Shown here piece after piece: positions 1-12,368 of a stretch of 64,000 nt of DNA. The stretch is from Styela clava (taxonomy: Eukaryota): the NCBI RefSeq assembly GCF_964204865.1, contig NC_135256.1, positions 8,990,001-9,054,000 of the forward strand, read 5' to 3'. Position 1 is the first letter of the stretch. Every line of letters starts with the position of its first letter. The notes under the pieces are model-generated. The model saw nothing but the letters and a program-made list of their open reading frames with translations. It was not told the DNA's origin and did no database searches. A program made the translations under genes and the position numbers.

Positions 1-77
1 CATTGATCAAACACGACTTTGTCGTAAAACAGAACAGAGATTACTATACGTGAAAATTATTTTTGCGAATAACTTAC

Positions 78-740
78 TTGTTAAAGCAATGTGCAGCTGT
101 CACAACCCATTTGTTGTTAATGACGGATCCTCCACATATCACACTTAATGAACCACCTGAAGACAGAACAATAGCTGCTTGCCAAGGCCATTGACCTTGT
201 GCCGACGCAGTTCCATTTACTACCCGACTTATAGCACCAGATCTCGAAATCACAGATACTCCACAGTCATCTGGAATAAGTATTTTTAGTTCTGTATATT
301 ATTAGACTTTTTTTGTTAAATCGACTTGAATATTTTGCTTATAAAAATGTAAACGATCCTTTATGGGCTACGATGTACAAATAAATTAATGACTGAAACA
401 GTCACAGTTTAATTGAATAGGGCTATGAGAAACAGTATCTGGGAACAAAGAATTGTTTGACAAAAATAGAAATCAAGTTGGCTAGAGTAAATTCTCATAA
501 GTAATGAATATGCATCCATTTCAAAGCTACCGATTAAGTTAGAGCAATATTCCAATAAATAGATGAGAATTTACTAGAAAGAAGTCTAATAAAGACAGAA
601 CTGAATGTTGGAAAAACCGTGAAGATAAAATATACCCCTGTACCTTCGTTTGTAAATCTTGGTGTAGCTTGGACTTCGTCAGAAGCTACATGATACAGTG
701 TACTGTATAACAGGAACGCTCTGATTATAACACTATTCAT
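78..740 (-). CDS. Trypsin-like S1A serine protease P1, 5' part only (continues beyond window start)
   Basis: Exon 1 740-644 reads MNSVIIRAFLLYSTLYHVASDEVQATPRFTNE (signal peptide, phase-1 donor G|GTACAG). Exon 2 270-78 reads DCGVSVISRSGAISR|VVNGTASAQGQWPWQAAIVLSSGGSLSVICGGSVINNKWVVTAAHCFN (activation site, His57 motif, donor GTAAGT). Confidence 0.9.
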
Positions 741-3700
741 AAATACTGTCTTAATCAGTCCACCCCTGCTTTCCACTATTTCCTATTCACAAATCGAGAA
801 CTAAGTGCTATATTAACCACAGCCGTGTGTCCAATCAAACAGTATTAGCACGATACGTTGTTGAATCCAGTCAGGGTAGATCGCGACAAACAAAAAAAAC
901 AGCGACCTATTGTCAATATTAAATCCTTTGAATCATATCGATGGCGACAATAAGAAAGAAAACAAAATAAAAATAAGGAACAATACACCTCCAGATAGGC
1001 AATCATATTTGAACAATTTTTATCGCAACATGCCGGTACGATTTGAATAAGTTCGATTCTGATTTACTATCGCTTTACAGTTCTACAATTCCAACATGAA
1101 AGAATCAGTTCTGCTTTGGTTATGTATTATATACAATACGATCAAATTAAGAAAAATCCGTGATTCATATAAGTTCAAGCACGATTTGGCGAATTTAACT
1201 ACAAATCATTCTTAAACATAGAAAATAAGAATACAGGTGTCGACTCTACTGTGGTGATTTCACATCCACCGTCGACGTCACTTATTCGACGTAGAGATTC
1301 TAAGAAAACTCCCAAGCCTTGTTATTCAGGTCTGAGAAGAAAATAATTTTTCCATTAATCACTTTTGAGTATGTTTCTCGTCAAACTGTCAGTTGGGAAA
1401 GGCTATTTGATCTATTTTAACGCTTACTATTACATTTGCTATGAACTGACTGAGTTATATTACAATTTCAACAGTAACATCGTTATTTTATTTATATACA
1501 TATACCGGTAGTTGTTTTCAATTTCAATAAAGCGTAAAATCATAAATACACTAGTCGCAGTTTACGTGAGTTTTTTCTGGCAGTATGACTGGATTAATCT
1601 TCAAGTATAAATACTCAGATGAAGCATTTTTTAAAGCGATAAATTGATGTTAACAATCAAAATTTGTCTTTTTGTATATAAGATATACAGCCGTCTACAG
1701 TGAGTGTAAAATCACAGTCCATTATCATACTCCATAATCAAAATGAAATTTATTTCATATGTTATTAATTATATGTAATTCATATATTACATCGGTCTTG
1801 TTCTGATTAAATGTTTAATATATATTCTGCTAAAATGTAGGCTTAACTTAAACTGATTATATCTGCTAGGTATCTATCAACTTTGAAACTGTTTGTACGT
1901 CTGGTATAGCTTCGAAAAACTTTGTAGAAACAAAATTTATCAATATTCGAATTTTTATGACAATGTAGTTTGTGATTCTAAAATGATTTCTCTATACATT
2001 GTTTCTCTCCGGCCGGCTCCAAAATTGTTCGAAATCTAAGTGTCCATAGATTCATATAGAAGGTGATGAGAGAAATACTTCGATTAACCAAATTTTAGCG
2101 GAAAGGTCTTTTCTTTTATAAATGATGATCACCGAAAAATTGCGACTTTTTTTTTTAATTCAAAAAATGATTTGTCCGTATTGAGAGGACCGTTTTGAAG
2201 TAACGTTCTGTATATATATAAATATAAAAAATTTGATGAAAATACTTTTCATATTAACGCTTTTTTACGGTTTGGTGTTCAAACGATCGTAAGTATCATA
2301 GGTCACATGTATGTTTGTCTATTTGAGTATTTAGCGATCTAGATGGCCAAGAAATGCTTTTTAATAAATTCTCTTTCGTTTATGTGATGTCTATTTCACA
2401 CGTATTCATAACGTAAAGTAACAATAATATCTTAGCAGACAAAGTCACAATAATACCTTTCAGCTTTTATTTGAAATTGTTGGGTGTATAAATGTGTTAT
2501 TGCATTTTAAGGATAAATATACAATGAAGTTTTTTTCTACTAACTAAATCAATGAAATGAACTAATTTGCTAAATATAACTAAGTTGAAACTAGACTTGC
2601 TATAAAAGTAAAAAACAATATGCATATAAATACGCTATTTGATTTCAATTTTACAGCATGAGACGTAGTTGATTCGGAAGTAGCAATACGAGTACTAGCA
2701 TATTCAGTGTATGCTCCAGTTGTTTTTACTTTTTCGTCAATTTTCCCAATAATCCAATTCATATACGTTGCTACGTCAGTGTAAGCCCCTGGTCGTTGTG
2801 CCACTGCACATCCTTCCCCGAAACTTGTTATCCCTCGTGCAACATAAACTGAAGATTTCATGCAAACTAAAGGCCCGCCACTATCTCCTTGGCAAGTGTC
2901 AATACCACCTTCTTCAAACCTAGACATTAAACTTCATTCAAGTCGAAATATAATTGATAATAATAGTTCATAATATTTTACAGCAACTAGAAGCATCCAG
3001 AACTAGATTGAAGCTGATAAACCGAACAAAAAGGAATGGTTAGGAGGAAAACTAATACTTGATTTTGCTATTATATTCACAAGTGCAGTACACATTTCTA
3101 ACATTCCCAATAATATTGGAAATACAAAAATTCCTTTAATGTACGTTTTCTCTAATCAAAGTCATATCACCTAAAAGTACTTAAAGTAGACAGATATGTT
3201 TATTAAATGTTTCTATGTAAATGACAGTAGATACCGATTTATACAGGACTTGAAGCACGTCAAGTAACCACTGTATATCAAATAGCTTGGCGGTTTGCTT
3301 CGATGTAGCCTACTTGCTACGGAGGTGGGCTGGATTTTTAATTTCCATATTAATGATCATATATCGAATTTCTGTGTAGGCCTCGTAGGCTTCTGCGGTT
3401 GAAGGCGGAAACTCACCCAGCACAGAAGTGGTCGCTGGGAATTGAGAGGTTCAATGTGCTGTACCATTCATTGCATGTTTCTCGTGATATAATATCAACT
3501 CCGGCATATCGAAGAATATTTTGATTCCCAGTATCTGTTGATGAGAAATTCAAAGTATTAATCAATAAAACCATAAACTCAAAGGTATTGAAATACTCAG
3601 GGTCCAGGTTCTGAAATAATTTATGACGTTTATTCAGGCAAATAACACCACACTTAGTTCCTAATGCCTTGGACTAAGTTGCCATCGAAAAATAAAAATT

Positions 3701-4272
3701 CGCATTAAAATCCAATCACCACCATCACCGTTGTACATAGACGTGCAAAACTCCGCGCAAAAACTTCAATATTGATTATGTTATGTTGGCATCCCAAGAA
3801 CTTCGCTTACCTTGGGTGTCCCCAAATCCGGATACGAAACAGGTCTGCCCTACTGTAGCTTCAGAACCAAATGTAGGTAAACATGCTGGGCGCTGGGCGG
3901 ACGTAATAATCATAAGTCACTTCAGTTGTTAGTTGTAACAGAGCTATATCAGCAAAGAAGCTTCCAATTACATCGCCGTAATCTAAAAATACAGCACAAA
4001 ATAGTAGTTGCTGATACTTCTGTAGATTAAACAAGTACATAGTTTGGGTCACATCTGAAAATACAATAGCACCGTTTGTGACTATGGGGAATTATATATG
4101 AGAACAAGTGTCAGTCTACAACTTGCGTAGTTTTCAGTGTAATCTAAAAATTCAGTAGAAAATAGTCGCTGATGATTCTTGGACTTGTCTTCAGTTTTGG
4201 TCATATATAAAACGGCAATGTGACCGTCTGGAAACCTGATAAATTTTCGTGTCCTTTTTCAGGAAGCCTATA

Positions 4273-4646
4273 CCGTTTCCCTGAAAATAAGACAGTGTCT
4301 CATTTCAATTTTCTTCCGAAAAATACCACTAGGGCTCATTTTCGGGGGATGTCTTATAATTTTATTTATCGAAAACAAAACTAGAAAGTACATAATTAGG
4401 AGATTTTCAAATAAAAAAAATATTAAAACCGACCGATATCAATTTACTTAAATGACACGTTTTCCTCTCACACGTTTTAGATTGATCATTTATAACGTAT
4501 GGGAGAGATTTCTTGCTATCGACCAGGTAAGAAATTTTGCGTTATTGACTAGGTCTTATTTTAAGGGGAGGGCTTAATTAAAATCATTCCCAAAATTTAG
4601 TCTAGGTCATTTTTTCAGGGTAGGTCTTATTTTCGGGAAAACACGG
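4273..4646. mobile_element. Tc1/mariner (Tc2/pogo-like) MITE
   Basis: TA-CCGTTTCCCTGAAAATAAGAC ... GTCTTATTTTCGGGAAAACACGG imperfect TIRs. Shared with B, absent from the C intron. Confidence 0.75.
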
Positions 4647-5041
4647 TGTCATTGGGTACCATAAAAGGTTGTCAATTAAATTAGACTGAGATTATATAGT
4701 ACTCTGACTGGTAAAGTGTCTGTAATGGATGCAGGTCGCATATTTGTATTTCGTCTAGATTTCTAGTTTTGTAGCTTTTGCTCGCAATATTTTTATCTTG
4801 CACGCTTTTCCCGACCTTTCAGTGGCCTAATAGTGAAACATTAGTAGTAAACCTACACTAGTAGTCACGCAACTGCAAATCCCAACAGACAAGCTCCGTA
4901 TTTTGAATGTTTATATTACTGCTCTTTTTCACGAGATAAACTATCGTATAAAAATTAATAATAAACAATACTTTGTATTAGCTATTTTATACTAAGCCTT
5001 GTTAAACAGCAAGCGTTGGAAAACAATTTGATAGTTTTGAG

Positions 5042-6103
5042 TAGGCTTGCACGTAATTTACGGAATTACGGAATTATTTCGAGTTACGGAAGCGAGGTTA
5101 CGAATTACGTAAAGTCGTAATATTGGTCGAGCGCTTTCGCGATTGAAACGAGCTCTCTTCAGAGCAGTCAATTCCCTTGATTGTAAAAAATTAAGTTTAA
5201 TAAGTAGAAGAAGTTAGAGTTCCGGTATTAGCAGCCGTTTTTCTCTCTCTTGTTACGCAGGCGGGGAAGGCATAACGCGTTGCCATTTACTAACCTATTA
5301 ACAACTTATCTAGCATGGCCAAAGTACATATAACCGTAGATAAGGGATAGAATTGTGTTGAGACCGATGGACGCCAACACACCTGGTTTCAACTTCTTCG
5401 GGTGAAATGACTAACGAATGTAAGAGATCAACTTATCAAACATGGTCTATTTGTAAATGCCGTGATAATTAATGACGCGCTTATCAAACAGCAATATGAC
5501 GACGGAAGAGAAATTGCGTAATAAACCAACGCAACTAACTTAGTAGTTTTTTCGGCATCGGTAAATCGATTGAGACGGCAGAGAAAACGAAACGACGGGA
5601 TTTCCCGTGTTTATTCTGCGCGAGAACCATTTTCTATTACAAAGTCGGATATTGTAAAAAAACGGTGAAATAACTAGTCTGATTATTAAATTATAAATCT
5701 GGAATTTTTATTTAATACGAAAGTCATATTAATACGTTAATACGATTTTAAAAAGTCAACTATCGTTTCATAAATATCCGTATACCAGTGTTGGTAATGA
5801 TAAAATTGATCGCATGAAATTGGGTGATAAAGGAAAATCAAAACTAAAACAAAAGATAAAAATCAGAATAAAATTAATTTGAATTCACTCTTTGATATTT
5901 GTCTTCAACATCTGTCGCCGGCGTGTAGTACTGCCGGGAATATGAAAACCAAACTTCGATGTCCCATTCGGAATAGAAGTGGATAAAATTGGTTGTTATG
6001 ATAGGTTTAAATGTGTGAAAAAAATATCGCAATTACGGGGTCATTACGTAATCGATTTGGCCGTAATTACGGAATTGATTTTTGTCAATTACGTGCAAGC
6101 CTA
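5042..6103. mobile_element. Non-autonomous hAT-like element (TAGGCTTGCACG family), internally shorter copy
   Basis: TIR TAGGCTTGCACGTAATT / AATTACGTGCAAGCCTA. 8-bp TSD GTTTTGAG / GTTTTGAC. Empty site in B at about 17818-17825. Confidence 0.92.
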
Positions 6104-7260
6104 GTTTTGACTGGCAGTAATAACCAACATACCTTGATGCAAAAAATATTCTTCAACGTTAAGATACTGTCTGCCTATTTCGTTCGAATTAGTTTGGTTG
6201 TTAGCTCCAAGGATTATGATTATACTTTCAATTGTATCTTCGCTGAAACCAGAAAAAATATTATGCAGCGTAATCAGGGCGAGATTTAGACATTTGTGAG
6301 GTCTCTATTTTACATTGTGTGTGTAGTTTACAAGTGTATGTACCAATATGTAGGTAGCTAATTTTGTTCGCCTACTTTACATTAAGTTATGTAAAGGAAC
6401 TGAAGCCTATGGCAGAGAGTGTATTCACTTGGCTGATTTGTATTTATGAATTTCCGTGAAATACGAAATGTTAGTTACGGTCAAGTACGCCAATTAATCA
6501 AATATATTGGACAGTAGGTTAAATTTTAAAACACTCAGAAAATCAAGGATGTAACTCAGAATTGAAGTGGTTTGTTACGGTTAGACACTTAAAACAAAAC
6601 TCAGTCAGCTGAACACTATTAAATTAATCCGATAGTCTCAAATTGTTTAGCCTGATTCCAATCTTGGGATAAATATCTTTTGTACAAAGCCTCCGCCAAT
6701 AAAAAAAACAGCCAACGTTTAAAAATTTGGGGTATTTTGAAATACCTAATATGATCAATAATAATATTATAGCACGAGACTTAGCTGTCTCCAAATACAT
6801 TGTCCAGTATAAATATGTAAATTTCTTTACGTCTGCAAACAATGAGCCGCAGTCAGTATCCAGGTTGGCCTTATGAGAATCCCTCCGCAGTAAAGTGGCT
6901 GATGTTTTGTTTTCACGTGTATCAATGCTTGCCATGGCCACTGGCCTGCTGCTGCGTCACTGCCGTTTACCACTCTCCCGTTATTTCTGATGATCCCCGC
7001 AACACCGCATTCTCCTGTAAAAAACGATACCTACAAATTTTATGGTTTTTTTACACTTCTTTTGTCATTGGCTTTTGGCCAAACAATGTCATTGCTTTTA
7101 ATTTTGTGCAAAGTACTCTGTGTTTAAAATTGAATGAATTAATTTAGACGAAAAGCAAACAGCGTACGATGATACCCATTATAAAGTATTTGTTTACATA
7201 CCTTGAATGTAGACTATACAACCAATTGCTTGAAATGATAAGCCAACTGGTCGCAATTAC

Positions 7261-7560
7261 GGCCTGGCTGTTTTGAATACCCTATGATTTCAGTATTAAT
7301 TCGAATATATTTTTTGAATCGAATTTGGAATACTTGGAAGATATGTAAGTTATGTGATTTTCCATTGTAAACTACTCAGGACTGTGAATCAATCACTCGG
7401 ACATTTTCCTGGGATATGCAAGCTGTAGTCGCCATCTCCGAACCTTTTCGTCTTAAACAGGCTCTCAGTAGTCAGTATTAATTAAAAAGCAATCAATTAC
7501 TCAACATTTATCAATTTAACGATAAGGCACTTTGTTGTAAAAAACAGTTATCAAGGAAAA
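7261..7560. mobile_element. Degraded relic of the TAGGGCTGGGC MITE family (also about 18975-19275 and 26822-27070)
   Basis: Co-linear similarity to the left part of 36983-37391 (GGC..TT.GAATACC..GATTTCAG..TCGAATAT..TCGAAT..GAATACTTG). Confidence 0.65.
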
Positions 7561-7635
7561 ATCACTAACCGTTTTCTTCGAGGAGAATCACCCAGTGCAC
7601 CGTGAAAAGCCCGCGTTGGTATGTAACTATCATAT

Positions 7636-8796
7636 TATAGGTCGGGGGAAGTCGGACCCACTAATAAGTTATTTTGAATAACTCTTCAAATAATGTTGCA
7701 GCTGTATTCGTTCTACGATTGATTCATGCACCCACCCTCCAGCTATCTTGCCACATTTGCACATTGTTGCCATAGCAACGAATCGGAATTTACGCCCTAT
7801 TTTCAGCTAAAAAAATATCGGGGTAAGTTAGACACTTTGTGGGAAAGACGGACACACACCAAAATTAACTTGATGGTGTCTAAGATTTCGGTCATAAGAC
7901 TTCGGTCAACGCCTAGATGGCCCAGGATTATGTCTCTTGAATTTTTTTTAAACAGATCACTTTTCTTGCATATTAAAAAGTATGTCCGTCTTACCCCATA
8001 AAGAACATAACAGGGCAATTTTCAAAAGAGTTTGAACAGTTTTAGGGAAAATAGAAATTTAAAATTTAGTTTGCGCTTTTTCAACTGCAATTTTTATATC
8101 TTTTTTACACGGACTACCTCTAGAAGTATTTATTTTGTAATTTCTTGGCATAACCTTGGGCGTATTTTATACGCATATGAAAAAAAAAAATTGGACGGGG
8201 TAAGATGAAATTTTACGCCGGGCTTAACTTCTAAGAGACCCAATATAAATATGGCGATGAGTGTGCTTTCGATCTTTGTTTTAAAAGGGTACTTAGTAGT
8301 TTAGTACCAAAAAATATTTATTTATAAGTTTCGATGACGACGGCCCATTGACATTCCCAACAGACTATATTGAAAAAAATCCTCCCCCCTCCTCCACTCA
8401 AAATCCACCCTACCTCTTAAGTGACCCTGCCAACCCAAAAATGAGTACTGGCAGTCTGCTAAAGAATTTATTCGATCTAATGCAACTACTTTCAACAAAT
8501 AAACAAAATAGAACCGAGTTCGCAGACTTTTCCGGCTAAAAATTATTCTTCGCCACCATGGGACTCTATAATTTGACGTTTTTCTGTCCCAACAGCAACA
8601 CAATTTTCCCAAAAAGCACCGCCTTGTAAGTTGTCGAGCCTGAAATGTAAAATCTTGGTTCTGTCGTTGTTCGCATGATGTAGCTCTTTCACGCGATGCG
8701 TTTTGAGCGACGAAAAAGCGCGAGGTGTCGCTAGTAGGAGGATTTTATTTTGACTGACCATCATACCCCGGGTGTCCGAACTACCCCGACCTACTA
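7636..8796. mobile_element. Non-autonomous TIR DNA element (possibly pogo-like; superfamily uncertain)
   Basis: TIR TAGGTCGGGGGAAGTCGGACCC / GTGTCCGAACTACCCCGACCTA, with internal GGGGTAAG repeats. Empty site CTATCATATGATATG in B (about 19341-19355). TSD is ambiguous (TA, TAT or ATAT). Confidence 0.85.
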
Positions 8797-8799
8797 TAT

Positions 8800-9637
8800 C
8801 AGTGGTTCTTAATCTTTGTGAGCCTGCCGAACCCCTGCGCTATTCTGCAAGCTCCCGCCGAACCCCATTGAACTGAACGGTTGAAATTAGAAGCCAAACC
8901 GTAACGTCATAAAGCGGAAGCTAATTCTTGCAAGTTTATAGAATATGAACATTGTGATGAAACCTTAGATATCAATAACCATGTGGGAATAACCATTGTT
9001 TTGTCACAATGGCGTTGGCGGCAGAATGAGCAGATGGTTTTTGTTGTATAAGTTATGCGGGTGAACAGGCGAAAACTGATAAAAAATACCTTTGAAAATC
9101 CGAAAGATGTATCCCATAAACGTTGGTAGTTCAAGCAATTTGTTCTCAAACTTTAAACTGCGCTGAAATGCGAATAAAATCGTTTGCCAATTGTTTTATT
9201 TTACAGAAATAGAGATAGGATTAATTCGGCGCCATATCGAGGTTGTCCTGAATGGATCATAATAATTTCGGATAAAGCTCTGCGATAAACTATTCCTTGT
9301 CGCAAATTTATCACCTAGTGAAATTCAAACACGCTATGATTTTGCATTCATTCATGTACAATTACTGCCTATCTTCGATTTATCCGTAAAATTGAGTTAA
9401 ATTTTATTAGTACGGTAGAATATGAATAAGGGTAACACCAATTAATTGTTCCATTCAATTGTTCAAGTCATTAGTAATTAGTCATCATGATGAACTATAG
9501 TTATTTTTGCCTAATTAGTATGCAGGGTGATAAAAAAGTCTCATAATATGCAACTGTTTCAGAGCACCTTCGTCGAACCCCTGGAACAGCTCCACCGAAC
9601 CCCAGGGGTTCGATCGAACCCAGTTTAAGAACCACTG
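8800..9637. mobile_element. Non-autonomous hAT-Charlie-like element
   Basis: TIR CAGTGGTTCTTAA / TTAAGAACCACTG. Perfect 8-bp TSD TACTATAT. Subterminal CGAACCCC repeats. Absent in B. Confidence 0.95.
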
Positions 9638-9785
9638 TACTATATGATATGAATATAATTTTTTTTGACAAAGTAATGATTGTAATGATTCAATTATATT
9701 TGATGAACGCCTCGCTCGGTGATCAGAATGTTAGATACGTGTAAGAACACATCATTTTGGATATTATCATATTTTAAATAATTTT

Positions 9786-10163
9786 ATTTGTCACGTCCGA
9801 TTGCCGTTTGGGTCGGACGTGTTTTCGTGGCACTGTATTACGGATGTTCAATCGGTTCGCTGCAGTATCTTCACTTCGTGCACTTTGGGCAAAAATACTG
9901 ATGTTAATTGGATCAAGTGACTATTCTCTCCAACGATAACGCATTTGTCACCGCGCAATAGAATAGTTGACTGTATAGGGATTGACATCAAATTTTACGG
10001 ATGCAGATTTGGAATTGACAACGAAATGAATGGGCATCAAAAGTATAGATTGGTCTTGATCTTGCTCGTCTTCCAGGTCCTCTGCATTTTGTTTGTACGT
10101 CTAATGTTGTTTTGTTTTATACAAGAGGGACCAAAATAAAATTGACTGATTGATTGAATGATT
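9786..10163 (+). mobile_element. Probable 5'-truncated retroposon (LINE/SINE 3' end)
   Basis: Ends in AATAAA followed by a (TTGA)n-like tail. Present in A and B (about 19487-19864), absent from C intron 1. Boundaries approximate. Confidence 0.5.
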
Positions 10164-10330
10164 ACCTAGGTAATTAATAAATAATATTAATCTTACCGTT
10201 GTAATCTCCACCCTCACCTTGTCCATAAACATTTGGGTGTATACACATACATATCAATATTAGGAATAGTTTGCCAAGTTTCATAGTACATTTATTGACT
10301 TGTAAACTCAGAAATATGATTAGCCTAGTG

Positions 10331-11269
10331 CAGGGTGGTCCAAGGTTGTCGGCTCCGCCGACCACAAAATTATTTTCGCATTGTTTGCGGACCACAATAG
10401 TGCCAAGAATAGGTAAACAGTACAATACAAAACAAATACTTTCCTTGTGCAAACACATTGATCAGTTTATGTCATTTATTAATCTAACCCATGCAAAAGC
10501 CACCAAAAAACTTATTAAAACATGCAAAACATTTCTCTACATATAATGTAAGATTTCAAACTCTTGATAACGAAAAAAGTGCTTCCGCAAATGAATTTTT
10601 TTTTTGTGAAATGCTCATTGCTCACAAGATGCTAAAATGCCGTTTGCAATTCAATTCTTTTGTCATAGACACGAATTGTGACATATTAAGCAAGCATTGT
10701 GGTATTTTCCATCTCACATACAGTTAAAATATGTTTGAATTCTTCAGCTTTCTCTTTAAACTCATGTTTACAAAATGGCTGCAGATTGATTGATTACCAT
10801 ATGTGAGGTACAGAATGGTAATTACTAAATTTTCTCACATATAGGCAGCATTTTGTGTAATACTGTTTAGGCTGGTTGCAAAAACACCCGGCATGAATCA
10901 CATTGTTAGGCCACAACTTTTAATTATCAGGCATAGCCAACCTAGGCTCATAGAATCAACATTCGATTTTTAGTTTTCTATGACGGCAAAATTGTTAGCA
11001 TATATTCCCGACCAAAACGACAGAAAGCCATATAACAATTCAGACTGCCAAGCACATCATTCAATTTTGCTAGTTACCTCAGCGAGCCATAACACTAGTT
11101 ACTTCAGTGAGATTAGTGATGTAACAATAAGTCAAGAAAATTTTCTGGTTAATTTTATGACAGAACAGCACGGAATGCGATTTTTTTATTACTCTTCGAA
11201 TGCGAGGGGGTCATAGATAATGAAGCGGCGAGCCACATGTGGCCCGCGGGCCTGGGTTTGGACCACCTG
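10331..11269. mobile_element. Non-autonomous hAT-Charlie-like element 46 bp upstream of the A start codon
   Basis: TIR CAGGGTGGTCCAA / TTGGACCACCTG. Perfect TSD GCCTAGTG. Subterminal GGCCCGCGGGCC. Empty site upstream of C (about 27446). Confidence 0.92.
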
Positions 11270-12368
11270 GCCTAGTGTATTATTACAGAATAATGTACGA
11301 AAAAAATATGAATTTATACTTGAGAAAAAACGGCTAAGAAATGATTGACTATAACGTGACATATCGCGAATTGTTGTCCGGGTGCCATTCACTTCAGATT
11401 AGAACACACGTTTTTTGTATAATATTTCGGAAGTTATATGACAATAACAAGCTTTCGAGAACTGCAATTTAATCTCTAGGTTCATTTACATTGTGTCGGT
11501 AATCTATCAAGATCTGTATGGAAAATTTAAAGACATATCTATGCACTACTACTGTATACTGACGTATCTACAATTAGACATAAACCTGCCGTTGATCTAC
11601 CATTCTATCAAATTTATGATACGAACAAAATAATTTTTGGAGTAGACACCACTTGTGACACTACGCCACTATTATTTGAAATGAAGCGGCCTTTTCCCCC
11701 GAGTTCTATTGGACAAAATTTCTTATAGCCCTAATAAACGAACTTGTATATCAGTTGGCACAATACTTCTGTAAAGTATGTTCATTCTCCATAAAAATCA
11801 GGAATAGTTTTACTGTGTCAATAATGATTTATTGGGGTATTCGTGGTGAAAGCATTATTGTAAATATTTGGAAACAAAAGAGCACATCCCGTGAAAGCAT
11901 ATTGTGCCACATGCTCCGTTTCAATAATTGTGAACCCTATATATGTTCAAGGTGGATGAATTACTTCAAAGAGACGTCAAATTTCTCCTTCATATGATTT
12001 TACATCTCGCATTCTTATTCCTGGGATATAAACATATTCAAATGTCGCCACTTTAAAATGGTGGTCGGGCGGATAAGGACAAACGTATAACACTGGCTTG
12101 AACCCGTTCATACTCGCCAATAAAACTAGTTACTCAAACAGTTCTCGAAAATACTAATCATAAACTTTTAATGTTTCACTGAATATAAAAGAGTGACCTC
12201 TAGGACACGAAGTAAATCAATAGATTGTTTTCAAAATTGTTGTTTGCAAATCTCCCAAAACTGAACCAATTTCAAATTTTAAGCATTTAAAATATACGAG
12301 TTTTCTCATGAAATACTGTATTGGAATTTATTTTGTAGTTCCCAATTTCTAATTAGTAATATAGTGCT

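Larger units (their letters stand above)
2580..10284 (-). pseudogene. Trypsin-like protease copy A with GPI-type tail, frameshifted in exon 4 (pseudogene or null allele)
   Basis: Exons: 10284-10197 ([22 protein letters not shown] signal), 7014-6831 (ECG..NGR|[23 protein letters not shown]), 6242-6133, 3982-3811 (ADIALL..YVRP), 3534-3417, 2919-2580 ([14 protein letters not shown], stalk, hydrophobic tail). Exon 4 is 172 nt versus 165 nt in B and C because GCTGGGC is tandemly duplicated at 3885-3898, giving a premature stop ([15 protein letters not shown]). Confidence 0.85.

Noticed and set aside
5050-5125. Short periodic AATTACG repeats as a CRISPR-like array
   Set aside because: They are subterminal repeats of the hAT element. 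There are no spacers, and the context is eukaryotic.
6624-7147. ORF-track proteins of 105 and 101 aa, repeated at 18338-18861 and 26532-26723
   Set aside because: These are alternative or antisense frames over the protease His exon. They recur only because of the segmental duplication.
10271-11997. Cluster of small ORFs conserved with 19972-21736
   Set aside because: They lie in a duplicated MITE and flank. Conservation reflects recent duplication, not coding constraint.
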